Assembly: GCF_001194135.2 (NCBI RefSeq)
Contig: NC_068999.1
Location: 29,030,971 to 29,070,957 of the forward strand
Direction: 5' to 3'
From: Octopus bimaculoides
Taxonomy: Eukaryota
Length of the DNA stretch: 39,987 nucleotides
The translations under genes and the position numbers were made by a program. Positions 1-11,287 of the stretch are shown piece after piece. The notes below the pieces were generated by a model. It was not told the DNA's origin, searched no databases, and saw only the letters and a program-made list of their open reading frames with translations. Numbering within the stretch: position 1 is the first letter of the stretch; every line of letters starts with the position of its first letter.

Positions 1-32
<32 letters not shown>

Positions 33-1993
33 CACACACACATGCATATATAAACATATGTGTGTATGGGTGTGTAATATTGAACCAACAAATTCAAATA
101 CTGTTTAAAGCTCCAATTTATGATTTTCTTTCCCAATTTGTAAGTTTAGTCAGTTCCTTCAATACTGCATTAATTGTATGTTCAGTACACACTCCCTTCT
201 GTAGTCCATTGTGTCAATTTTAATACTATTTTCTGTGCTCCCGCAACTGCCCACCTCAACTCTTACCATATGTTACATGGATCTACAGCTGTCCTCTTAA
301 CTAACTTTGCCACTTACACTCTTTGTAGATAATGATTATGACCCTGCTGAAATGATATATTATAAGGTATGAAGTGCTTTTGATTTGACCATTCTGGTGT
401 TGAATGCCCATTGGTTTAAACTTCAACTGATTTTATCAGGCATTGTTTCCGAAAGTCATAATCTCAATAATTTTCTATTAATTTTATTTCTATGAAAAAG
501 ACTTCAGTTTTCTAATTCTTTCACGTTCGATAATATTGAGTGGACTGTCTAAATAGTTTCAAATCGTTATTTTTCTAACAGATATGTAGTTTATTAAAGG
601 TTACAAAACTCGCGTACACACAAAATTTACAGCGACATGTTAATCGCCCTCTCTCATACACGGGCATACACACAAGCGTAAATAAAAATTCCATCTGTCG
701 AATTTGTTTCCACTTCGAGTGAACTATTAATAATCACGCACACAGCTGACTGTAACCCTCACCCATTGCATGTTAGTTTTTTACTATAAACATTCGTTGA
801 TAAAATCCGAAATCGAAATCAAAGTTCAGTTGAATATTGCCCCCCCCCCCCACCACCGCCAACTGTTGCTGTCACAAAACATGATTTATATGTGTGTGTA
901 AAACAGTTCTGATATTCAGATATACATACATATGTTATATATAAATCATATGCATCGTTATATTCGTGTAGTTAAGATGTGCTACTACACTAAACTGGTC
1001 GAACACTTTATGTCCGGCTGAAGTCTATTGTATAGTCCTCGCACAGCTGTGCCAACAGTTATCTCAGTCTCAAAACTTTGTGTAGGTGTATTTACAAATG
1101 TGCAGTGTATCCCACGTTACTCACTGTGTGTTTTTTATGAGTTAATATATTTGTAGAACACGAGCTTGCGCATATACTGTTTGAAATCGGTTTTAAGAGG
1201 ACAAAAATGAGATTGTATAGTATTCAACCTGGGTTGACCTAGCTCGACTCTGTGTATGTGTGTGTGTACATACAAATGTGTGTATCCAAGTACAAAAATG
1301 TGACTATTTTGCTAATGCAAATATGCCCCAGATGGTTAATTATTCTACATAGGAAAGGTTTTTATAGTTTGAATATTTATACCCCGTGCATGCGATATAG
1401 ATTTAAAATACAACACGGGTGTAAATTGTGTGTTCTAAAAGTTGTGTGTGTGTGCATTATCTGTTATATATGGTCGAACAGAATTATAATAGAGGACGAT
1501 ATCACAGACGATTCTGTTCGCTGTGAGCATGAAACGTCACTTAAATTTCACTGACTTCTGCAATATAAATGTTCACGGTATCTGATTAACAAACTTGATA
1601 CTTTTATACTTTTATGAAATTTATTTCCGATTTATCATAAATAGTGTATGTGTTTTTAAATGTGACAAGTTCCATTTGCTGTGCTTGCAGAAATTTTGTC
1701 TTGAAAGTCTAACCACTGCTTTTATTGGTAATACAACCTCACCATTAACACCGATATTCCTTCTAACTTGTTGGTTCTTCTACCATATGTTGGTGAGTGT
1801 GCTGAGGAGAGGGGTTAACTGACGGTGGGAAGTCATCAGCTGACGTAAACACACTGCTCTTTTGCTGAGTCAAAACATTCTTTTAATTACCCACCCCTCC
1901 TTTTAATCCCTTTCCTCTCTATTCTTGTCTTCGTTGACTTCTTTCGCTCTCCCATTTCCAGCTAATGCATATATCTAAATGCATACATTCACA

Positions 1994-2029
<36 letters not shown>

Positions 2030-2382
2030 TGTATGTATGCAATAATTGTACACGTTCTATTACCAAAATCAGCCATTCAACTGCCCAGATACTGATCAGG
2101 TACCTACCTAGATATCAGTTTTTGTTTTTTAGTTAATTTTTTCTTCAACATATGTCTGTGATTTTTAATCTGATATTCACATCCTTTTGAACACTGGAAT
2201 GTTGTTTGTCTATTCGTTGTACTTTGGAGTATCTTTCGCAACAGTGTCACAAGTTGGTGTCACCCTCCCGTGTACTAGATCATACAGAAACTTTGTTCAT
2301 AAATCGTTATTCCCGAATATCAGTGAATATAATAAATATCAACATCAGTGACATAAACACATTTAAATTACAATAGTTTCAA

Positions 2383-2515
2383 ATTTTGGCACAAGGCCAG
2401 CAATTTCAGGAGGGGGGGCAGGTCGATTACATTCACCTCAGTAGTACTAGACTGGTACTTTATATTATCGAAAAAATGGAAGGCAAAGTTGACTTCGGCA
2501 GGTTTTAAACGGCCT
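2383..2515 (-). mobile_element. tRNA-type SINE family A, partial copy
   Basis: Reverse complement matches the copy at 34308-34520 (blocks TTGACTTTGCCTTTC, AAGTACCAG, CTTGTGCCAAAATTTGAAAC). Confidence 0.7.
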
Positions 2516-2660
2516 TATATACAATTTACTTTACAAGTGGATAAAATAGAATTTTATTTAGAAGGCAGAAGAATATAAAATAAAAGTATTTTAAAATTTC
2601 ATTAACTTTAAATTTGGTTACAAGAGATAATGGGCTAAGTTTACACTCTGATAGTGTCAT

Positions 2661-2758
2661 CCCGCCCCTTCCTCATACGCCCCTCTGACATCACTAGTCT
2701 GATTATACATTATATAGAATTGATTGTATTAGGATTGTGAATATTGCTACAGGTAAGT
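2661..2758 (+). promoter_or_regulatory. Candidate promoter/first exon: GC-box-like CCCGCCCC (2661-2668) and CGCCCC (2678-2683), then a consensus donor CAG|GTAAGT (intron would start at 2753)
   Basis: Motifs seen directly, inside the CpG-richer part of the window. There is no transcript evidence. Confidence 0.25.
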
Positions 2759-3205
2759 TATTTCCCTTATAAGTTATAAGTCGGTACATTATTAAGAAGT
2801 CGTTTCTAATTTTCGCAATAACATTTGTCATGGTTTTCCGATTTCATTTGTATTGGAATATGGGTCATGAGAACAGTTTAGTTGGAATTTTCGCATCACC
2901 ATACCATTTTCTATGATTTAGACCTACAATAGTTGCATAATGACAACAAGGGTTCAAGATATTGAGTACTATATCAAAACAATAATGTATCCAAATATAA
3001 ATATATGGATTTATCTTTATACATCTAGATGTATTGAAAGTTATATGATAATTTAATACTTGTGTGGATATGTGGGGTGGTGGATTGACAGAGTCGTTGA
3101 ACTATTGGGTGAAATGTCTAGTAGCATCTGTTCTTACTCAAGAATATTGGTGATATAAAGAGAGGTGGGAGATTTGTGATATACATCCGGAAAAGAAACT
3201 TGCTA

Positions 3206-3458
3206 GGTGCAGATATATTAGTGTGGCTGTGTCGTAAGAAGCTTGCTTCCCAACCACATGGTTCTGGGTTCAGTCCCACTGTGTTGCACCTCGGGCAAGT
3301 GTCTTTTACTATAGCCTTAGGCCGACCAAAGCCTTGTGAGTGGATTTGGTAGATGGAAACTGAAAGAATCCCATCGTATATATATATATATATATACACA
3401 CACNNNNNNNNNNCCTTGTGAGTGGATTTGGTAGATGGAAACTGAAAGAATCCCATCG

Positions 3459-3508
<50 letters not shown>

Positions 3509-3730
3509 TATATGTATGTATGTATTTGTGTGTCTGTGTTTGTCCCCCACAATCGTTTGACAACTGATGTTGATGTGTTTATATTCCTGCAACTTAGTAG
3601 TTCGGCGAAAGAGACCAATAAAATAAGTACTAGGCAAAGAATAAGTCTTGGGGTCAATTTATTCGACTAAAGGCGGTGCTGCAGCATGGCTGCAGTCAAA
3701 TGACTGAAACAAGTGAAAAATAAAAGAATA
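3206..3730 (+). mobile_element. Composite SINE: family B head (A/B-box-like, CORE-like ACCTYGGGCAAGTG block) + (TA)n(CA)n + second ~170-bp module
   Basis: B-box-like GGTTCAGTCCC. The head recurs several times in the window. The same head-microsatellite-module arrangement recurs inverted at 32120-32550. Confidence 0.8.
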
Positions 3731-3735
3731 TATAT

Positions 3736-5230
3736 GTCTGCCAAAAACTATAGGCCTATCTCTCTGACTTAACACATCAGCTAAGTCATAGAATGGATAG
3801 TCAGAGGGAAACTAATCGCATTCCTTGAAGAAAACAACTTGCTGAGTGATACTCAGCATGGCTTTCGACCAGGTAGGAGCTGCCTGACCCAGCTCTTACA
3901 GCACTATGACTGGGTGTTGAGACAGTTACTCAACAACTCAAATGTGGACATAATATACTTTGATTTTGCAAAAGTTTTTGATAAAGAGGATCATGGTATG
4001 AGATGCCACAAACTGTGTGAACCTGGCATAGCTGGAAAACTTGGAGAGTGGTTACATGACTTTCTGAAAGATAGAAGTCAGGCTGTAGTGGCTAATGGAG
4101 CCACCTCAAAGAAAATAAAAATAGTGAGTGGTGTTCCACAGGGCACTGTATTGGGACCACTGCTTTTCATTGTGGCCCTCTCAGATATGCCTTCACCCTC
4201 AGCTGCCCGGATAGCCACCTTTGCTAGCTACGTAGATGATACAAAAAGTCTCGCAGAAAATACAGAACCCCAGCAATGTTGCACACCTGCAGCAGGAGTC
4301 GGACTCAATTTACAGATGGGCTGAGGATAATAATATGCAGTTTAATGCTGAAAAATTCCAACCTTGCACTACCAGCATCCAGAACTGAATATAAAACTTA
4401 CAGGGCACACTGATCCACAGGGGATTACAATCCCAGAGCCTAAATCAGTGAGGGACCTGGCTATCGAGATAAGTGATGATACCTCTTTCCAAGTGCACAT
4501 TACAAGGATGGCCACAAAGTGCAGATGACTGGTTGGATGGTTCCTGAGAATGTTCAGGACTAGAGAGGAGGAAACCATGATGGTCCTCTGGAGGACATTC
4601 ATCTTCAGCTGCCTGAACTACTGCTCCCAGCTATGGTCACCCAACAATGTAAAATTAACAGTGGACCTTGAAGCAATCCAGCAAAGCTTCACAAAGAAGA
4701 TCATCTTGTTGCAACAGCTCAACTACTGGGAAAGGCTGAAACAGCTAAGACTCTACTCCCTGGAGTGAAGGCGGGAGAGGTATGCAGTAATATACATCTG
4801 GAAGATCCTGGAAGGAATTATGCCAAATTTTGGCATTGAAAGCTACACTAATGCCAGAATGGGTTGACACTGTACAGTGCCAAAGATCCCAGCAATGCCA
4901 TTGCACTTCATGACCAGTTACTGCAACAGCTTGGGTTTCAGGGGCCCACAGCTTTTTAATACTTTACTGGAGATCCCGAGAGACCTACACAAAGTGGATG
5001 TAGGTATTTTCAAATCAAAACTGGACCTCTTCCAGTCCCAGATGAGAGTCCAGTCCAGTCAAGAGTCCCAGATGAACCTACCTCATGGTAAGAGGTGCAA
5101 ATGAGGGTAGCGACATCAAATTCCCTTCTTCACCAAATGCCACATATTAAAGGAGGCTCTCAATGATAACAGTGTAGCAAAATGGAGGTGCCCCACCATG
5201 GCCACAACTCTGAGCTGAACTACAAAAAGA
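3736..5230 (+). mobile_element. 5'-truncated, frameshifted CR1-group LINE (reverse transcriptase domain and C-terminus)
   Basis: Motifs NYRPISLT, QHGFRPGRSCLTQL, YFDFAKVFDK, SGVPQGTVLGPLLF, YVDD, LNYCSQLWSP, ERLKQLRLYSLE and PDEP...ATSNSL. Multiple stops and frameshifts. Confidence 0.92.
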
Positions 5231-5261
5231 AAATATATACTAAATTTATATATATATTTGT

Positions 5262-5830
5262 CAACACTTTCATTCCAAGGTGCTAAAATAGCTCTCTCTG
5301 GGAACCATGCAATGTTTTTGAAGTTGTCTTGCAATGTGGGAAATACCTTTCTTTAAGCTTGGCCAATGGTAGATGCCAACCATGTGCCCACATTGCAAAG
5401 GTGCCATTTCCAATTTGTAGAAGTTGATGAAAGCATTCCTCAGCTAAGGGTCATTGTAGAGATGAGGTCACATGTTGCTTAATGAAAGCTGATGAACAAA
5501 CCTCCACAAAGGTGAAGACTTCAGACATGCATAGATGTCATATTTGACGGAAATCCCCTGCGAGGACAACAGTTACCCCCACCCCCCATAATAGCAGTAT
5601 TGTTTCTAATATCTCTTAGTAACATATCTAGGGCTTCTAGTTCACCACAGTATGTTATTGTGCATTCATCCCAGACAATAAGTGTAGTTTAGAGCAGAAC
5701 TTCCATCATCGGTGATTGTTTTGAAATATTACATATTTGGGCATTGCTGAAGTGAGTTTTCTTGAGCACGAATGGAAGCAATTTTCTTTGCAGCCCTTAT
5801 TTGTGAGGATAAATAAGAACGTCTTCATTT
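5262..5830 (-). mobile_element. Helitron PIF1-type helicase fragment (decayed)
   Basis: Minus-strand translation gives KTFL..IRAAKKIA, ICNISKQS, TLIVWDECT...LEALDMLLRDIRNN, GVTVVLAGDFRQI, QLLQIGNG and WFPERAILAPWNESVDK, typical of Helitron Rep/Hel helicase motifs. Confidence 0.88.
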
Positions 5831-7454
5831 TGGTGGCATGGCTGAAAAGAGCGAACAATTAAGGAACATATAAGATGGAAGACATAGCAATTTGAAGTTG
5901 TGCATTGTATAATTTCATTTTTTAGTAATGAATGAAAAGATGTGAAAAATGCATATGTATACCGTTATTATGAGAAGTGGTAAACTGTGAATGATTTGGC
6001 TATATTCTGTCTTGATAAGTGTAATGCATTCTGTTAGTCGATATATAGTGGAGTGTAATGGAAGTTATTGTTTGTCCATAAGTAAAGGTGGAGGGTGTAA
6101 AATTTGCATGAATGTGATTTGTGTTTTTAAGAAGAATCACAAACTGTGTACTGTTTCATGGAATAAAAGGGGGTTAATATGATTTCGCCCAGAAATCATG
6201 TTTTCAAAATTATAAATCCCCCCTCCCCACCGAAATTTCCTAATTTCCTAATTTTGTTTTTTATGCATGTGAGAAATATAATTTGTTTTTGAAAATTCAA
6301 TTTTTCTGAAAAAAATACTGAATGCCCCTTCCCCCACCTCGGCTACCCATCAGCTACCCACTTTGGGGCGAAATACAAATCTCATGTATGGAAAACATAG
6401 AAATATGAGTAAATTGAGAGAAAATATAAGTCAGGGAAGCGGTGGGTATGCAAATGTCATCTCAGACATGCTAGAAACAACAGGTAAAGGACAGGATTTC
6501 TGAGATAACTTCCTTGTAAGTTTAAATGGAAGATCTGGTTTTCAAATGCACTCATCACAAACAGGAACATCAGAATAGGAAAAGGTAATTTCCATAGGAT
6601 TTGAGCTGTAACTTAGTGCACAGCAAAAAATAACAATTCATACAGAACTCTAACTGTGTGTGTGTGTGTGTGTGTGCCAAAGGAAGTTATTTTTGCATAC
6701 CTTTCTAATTCCAAAAGAAGGAAATGTAGTGAAGTTGTCATATGTTGACAGCATAAGGCCACCATGCATTATAATGAGAAATTAAGAGAAAGATAATACC
6801 TAATTCTACGCATACGTGAAACATGGGATGAAAGTGAAAATGACCTTAAAATTGTATGACACAGCCTCATTTCTGGAGTTCTCGGTGTCCCCTTCTCTCT
6901 CGCTTTCCCCCTCTCTTTGTGCTGGCTTTCTTTCACCTTCACCTATAGAACATACAGTATCAATTTTGTGCTGGCTGTCTTTCACTATAGAACATACACA
7001 GGGTATGAAGCATCAGCGTCTGTCTCTCACCTGCTATCCATCTTTCAACTTCTATAGAAACTTGTTTTCAGTCTCTGTTTCTTTCTCTTGTCTTTGTCTT
7101 TTTCTCGTTCTGCATTTCATTCAGTCATTCCGTAAAATTTTATTTCTTTATGCTTTGAAGACAGCAGAAATTGAAAGAAGAAAGAAAGCAAAAAGGGGAG
7201 AGAGAGTAGAAAGTGAAGGAAATGAGTAAGTGAAAGACATATGGACGTGTGTGTATGTGTGCAAGAGAGAGATAGAGTGAGTGAGTGGTGTGTCGTGATG
7301 ATGGATGTCTTTTAAGGTACACACTCATATAGAAAATGTAACATTGTCATATAAAATGTTTACGATAGTTGATTTATGGAAAAGATTATAATTTTAAATT
7401 TTTGTAATGCAAATATGTCAATGAAAATAAAGTTTAGTTGGTAGTGGAAATAGT

Positions 7455-7572
7455 ACCAACTATCTTTTTATATCCCATACGTCAAAATCGGCAACTCGGT
7501 TTTGGAATGCATAAGGAACATACACACACACACACATACAAACTTTCTTTTATTGATATATATATATATATC
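7455..7572 (-). mobile_element. Non-autonomous Helitron-type 5' terminal sequence
   Basis: Minus strand reads (TA)n-CAATAAAAGAAAGTTTGTATG(TG)n-TATGTTCCTTATGCATTCC..CCGATTTTGAC, resembling the 5' end of invertebrate non-autonomous Helitrons. Recalled resemblance only. Confidence 0.45.
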
Positions 7573-7862
7573 GATTGTTTGTAAGACATAAATTCAAAAA
7601 AGAAGCACACTCTGTTATAGAGTATTATATTATATAAAGTCAGATAAAGCCAGTGAAACCGAGGATANNNNNNNNNNNNNNNNNNNNNNNNNNNNNNNNN
7701 NNNNNNNNNNNNNNNNNNNNNNNNNNNNNNNNNNNNNNNNNNNNNNNNNNNNNNNNNNNNNNNNNNNNNNNNNNNNNNNNNNNNNNNNNNNNNNNNNNNN
7801 NNNNNNNNNNNNNNNNNNNNNNNNNNNNNNNNNNNNNNNNNNNNNNNNNNNNNNNNNNNNNN

Positions 7863-8020
<158 letters not shown>

Positions 8021-8724
8021 GATAGTCAACTCTGACTGAAAGATGCCTATGTGTATCTAGATATGGAGTGTGATGTAACTGGAGCAGTTCTGCTTTAACT
8101 GGTCGATGTAGTTACAAATTTTCCTCATGTTCTTCTTAAGTGAAATTGAACCTTCTATTGTTGGATTTAGTATGAAAATAAATATTATACATCTGCTTCC
8201 TCAAATCTATAATGCCTCACCTCTTCCACTGTCCTAAAATCTCAATTTCTCCCTGAAATTTCTTAGTATGCTGAAATACATTTTGGATAAATTTCTCTTT
8301 AGACTTACAAGGATTGTATAAAGATTACAAAAATTTATTCTAAAGTTGTACTAAAGTTGTACAAATGTGTATTAAAATTATAATTCTTATGCTGAAATAG
8401 ATTATAATATAACAAAGTCCAGTTTATAACCTATGAACTGATAATAGATACTAAAACCATGTTTCTGTTTGCTGGTTTTAAAGAAATTGTTCTTTGTAGT
8501 TCCCTAGCCACATTTAAATCAATACCATTCTAAGTACTTAAGAGAACCTACAGATTTTATTCAGACTTTGGGGAAATGTTATATGGACAATAGTTAATAG
8601 TTTACTGACTAATCTTTCAATACTGAAATGGTTGATTCGTTGGAATAGACAATATAGTCTGCATGTACAGGAAACTCAAGTGGTTGATTATATTTTTTCC
8701 TCATAAACATCTCTAGAAGGTTCG

Positions 8725-8925
8725 TTCTACACTGTCATTATTTCAGTTAATTTTGAAATTAATGAAGAATTTAGTGAAATAACTGTCATTATTAAAGCTG
8801 GTGTTTGGAAGATGAAATTTACATGAGATTTTAGATTTCTTAAAAAGTTTTGATCACTTTAAAACAGGAAATTTATGTTGTAGAATTAAGGGCAATCTCA
8901 AGTGGGTTGGTATCAAAAGGGTTAA
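8725..8925. mobile_element. Possible piggyBac-type MITE remnant
   Basis: Ends in ...GTATCAAAAGGG followed by TTAA (8922-8925), a piggyBac-style terminus and target site. The opposite TIR is not clearly preserved. Confidence 0.35.
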
Positions 8926-9477
8926 GTGGACATTTGCAAAGCTGTCAGTGACACTGATATACATTCTTTATTAATTTTCTGTGTATCAAATGTTGATTTC
9001 ACTCCTAATGAGAGTTGCTACTTTTAGACCAATAGAAGTGTCATGTAGTCTATTTCTGATATGGAGTCCAATTTTTCTTTGCAAAAGTTTTCTCCCATTT
9101 CCTGTATCAATCTTGTGATCTAAGAGCCAGTTGAGATAAGTGTACAGAAATAAAGACTAACAGAATAGCAAAGTTTATCTTATGTGATTTGTTATTAGAT
9201 CAAATTAGACATAATAATTTGTTTGACACATTGTTTGAGCAAAGTCACCAGTCATCTAATTATATACAAAGTCTTAAACTTTTGGTTTCTTATGTTGTAT
9301 TTAAAAATTTATGGATTCCTTTCAATTTTGGTGATGAATATTCAATTGCTAAATAAACTGAACTACCTGCTCAATGGATTGGCATGTAAGTGACTAAGTA
9401 TTTTACTGAGACATACCTTTAACATAATTTGTAGGCAGAATCAACGTGACATAGTAGGTTCTTTAAATTACTAGTAT

Positions 9478-9540
9478 ACAGGTTTCTGCACAGTTTCCAT
9501 CTACCAGATTTCATCCACAAGGCTTAGATCAACCTGAGGT
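9478..9540 (-). mobile_element. SINE family B fragment
   Basis: CAGTTTCCATCTACCAGATTTCATCCACAAGGCT matches the family B reverse complement. Confidence 0.65.
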
Positions 9541-9834
9541 CATTTATTTGTACATTTATTTCATGAAGTAGTTAATATCCTGTCTTTCAATGCTAGATAT
9601 GCAAAGATACAAGGACAAAATTTTTGCTGTCAAAATATCAACAATGTAAACTGGGTTTTAAATCTAGCATGATATTATTGCCCATGTGATGCGTAAGTGG
9701 CCTCTCTTTCAGTCTTGACAATGATGATTACTCAGATGTTCAACCAACAAAATTCTTATTTGTGAAATTAATGAATAAAATGGTAGAGTATTCCATAGAC
9801 GCATAAACTCATAATGCAATTCTCAGTCTTCACT

Positions 9835-9985
9835 ATGTGGTTAAGGACTTATCTTCACAACTATGTAGTTTAGAGTTCACTCCCACTGTAAGTTACCTTG
9901 GGTATGTGTCTTCTACTATAGTCCCTGGTTGAGCAAAGTCTTGTTAGTGAATTTTGTAAATAGAAACTGTAGGAAGCCCATATAT
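9835..9985 (+). mobile_element. SINE family B, degenerate copy
   Basis: TGTGGTTAAG...GTTCACTCCCACTG..ACCTTGGG..TGTCTTCTACTATAG...GAAGCCC(AT)n. Confidence 0.75.
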
Positions 9986-10269
9986 ATGTTAGGATTTTGC
10001 ATCTCAGTTATGAACTTAGCAGATAACTTGGTTTTTATCTGGTCCTAATGAGACTAAAAGACTAATAGCCTTTCCTTAAAATTTCATCTCTTTTTCGGTC
10101 AAACTTCCTTTTTTATGAATGTTGAACAAAGAGAAAATAAAACAGCTTAGATAGCATTGAAGGTTAGGTATTTTACTGGACTGAAACTTGATTGAACTGA
10201 ATGGAACACAGTAATATTGTGTTCAGTCAAAAGTTTTTGCAATATTTTGGTAATTTATTTGTTATAAAG

Positions 10270-11242
10270 TTACAGCTTCTATTACTCTGTCAGTCTGAAT
10301 GTCAAAGTCCCACAACATCTTATATTTCTTACTTTCTAGTACTTTATTAGGTTCATCTTCATACCATTTATCAATATGTTCAAATCCTAGCTTTCTACAT
10401 AACTGCCAGTGGATTGCTCTCCCTAGATTGTCATGTCTTTTCTTGTATTCTTTCTGTGCCAGTCACTATATTAGTAACACTTTCCTCTTTTGATTCGCAT
10501 AATCTACATTGGGAATCTACTTGGTTTTGTCTCTCTTGGCTTTTATCCGATTAGTTCTTAGTGCTTGATCTTGTGCAGCTACTAACAAGCTTTCTGTTTC
10601 CCTCTTCAGCTTTCTTTTCTGTAACCACAACCATATCTCACTACTACTCTTTGCTGCAACTATCTTTAGGAATCTCCCATGCAACGACTTCTACTGTCAG
10701 TTAAATAATTTCTGTTCTTTTTTCTGGTTTTTAACTTCATTTGGGTTTTTGGTTTCCCTATATCTTGCTGTGACTCTAGCAGCTTTTAATAAACTTTCTT
10801 CACTATTACCTACATAGGAGTCTATATCTACTATAGCTAACTCCACAAAGTCTTCTGCTGATATTAACCCTCTTCTGCCTTCATTTGTAGGTAGGTATAA
10901 TCTTGCTACTCCTGCCTTTAGGTGGAGTCCTCCATTCATATCAAATTCCTTCTTAGTTCTGTCTTGCTTTGCTAATTCAGTTTTTGTCCAATCTGCAAAA
11001 GCTGCTGAGTTTCTAAGTAATGATACTGTCCAAGTATCATTAGATTTGGACCATTTAGTTTTGACTTCATTAGCTTCCTCATCCTTTTGATGTACTCCTC
11101 AATTTTCGTTTTCATTTCTATAGTTAACACTCTATCAGATTCTACCCCCAGATACTTATAACTTACCTCCTTTCAATGATTTTAATGCCTGGCCATCTGG
11201 TAATTGGATACCTTTGCTGTTGACTATCTATCTCCTCATGAC

Positions 11243-11243
<1 letters not shown>
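10270..11243 (-). mobile_element. R4/Dong-clade (RLE) LINE fragment: RT thumb to zinc knuckle
   Basis: GIQLPDG..YKYLGV, GGLHLKAGVARLYLPTNEGRRGL, CRLCESKEESV, KEYKKRHDNLGRAIHWQLC, WYEDEPNKVLE, MLWDFDIQTDRVIEA. Truncated at both ends, with (ATT)n at the 5' junction. Confidence 0.85.

Positions 11244-11287
<44 letters not shown>
11244..11287. repeat. (ATT)n microsatellite
   Basis: Directly visible. Confidence 0.97.

Noticed and set aside
3332-3485. Apparent tandem duplication of a SINE 3' half
   Set aside because: The two copies are identical, including diagnostic variants, and are separated by a 10-N gap: an unmerged contig overlap.
6816-7229. 137-aa ORF
   Set aside because: Made of pyrimidine- and purine-rich low-complexity DNA with no recognisable domain.
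9693-9712. 20-nt GTAAGT...TTTCAG micro-intron
   Set aside because: Far below a workable spliceosomal intron size, and the upstream segment has stops in all frames. More likely an overlapping or chance donor and acceptor.
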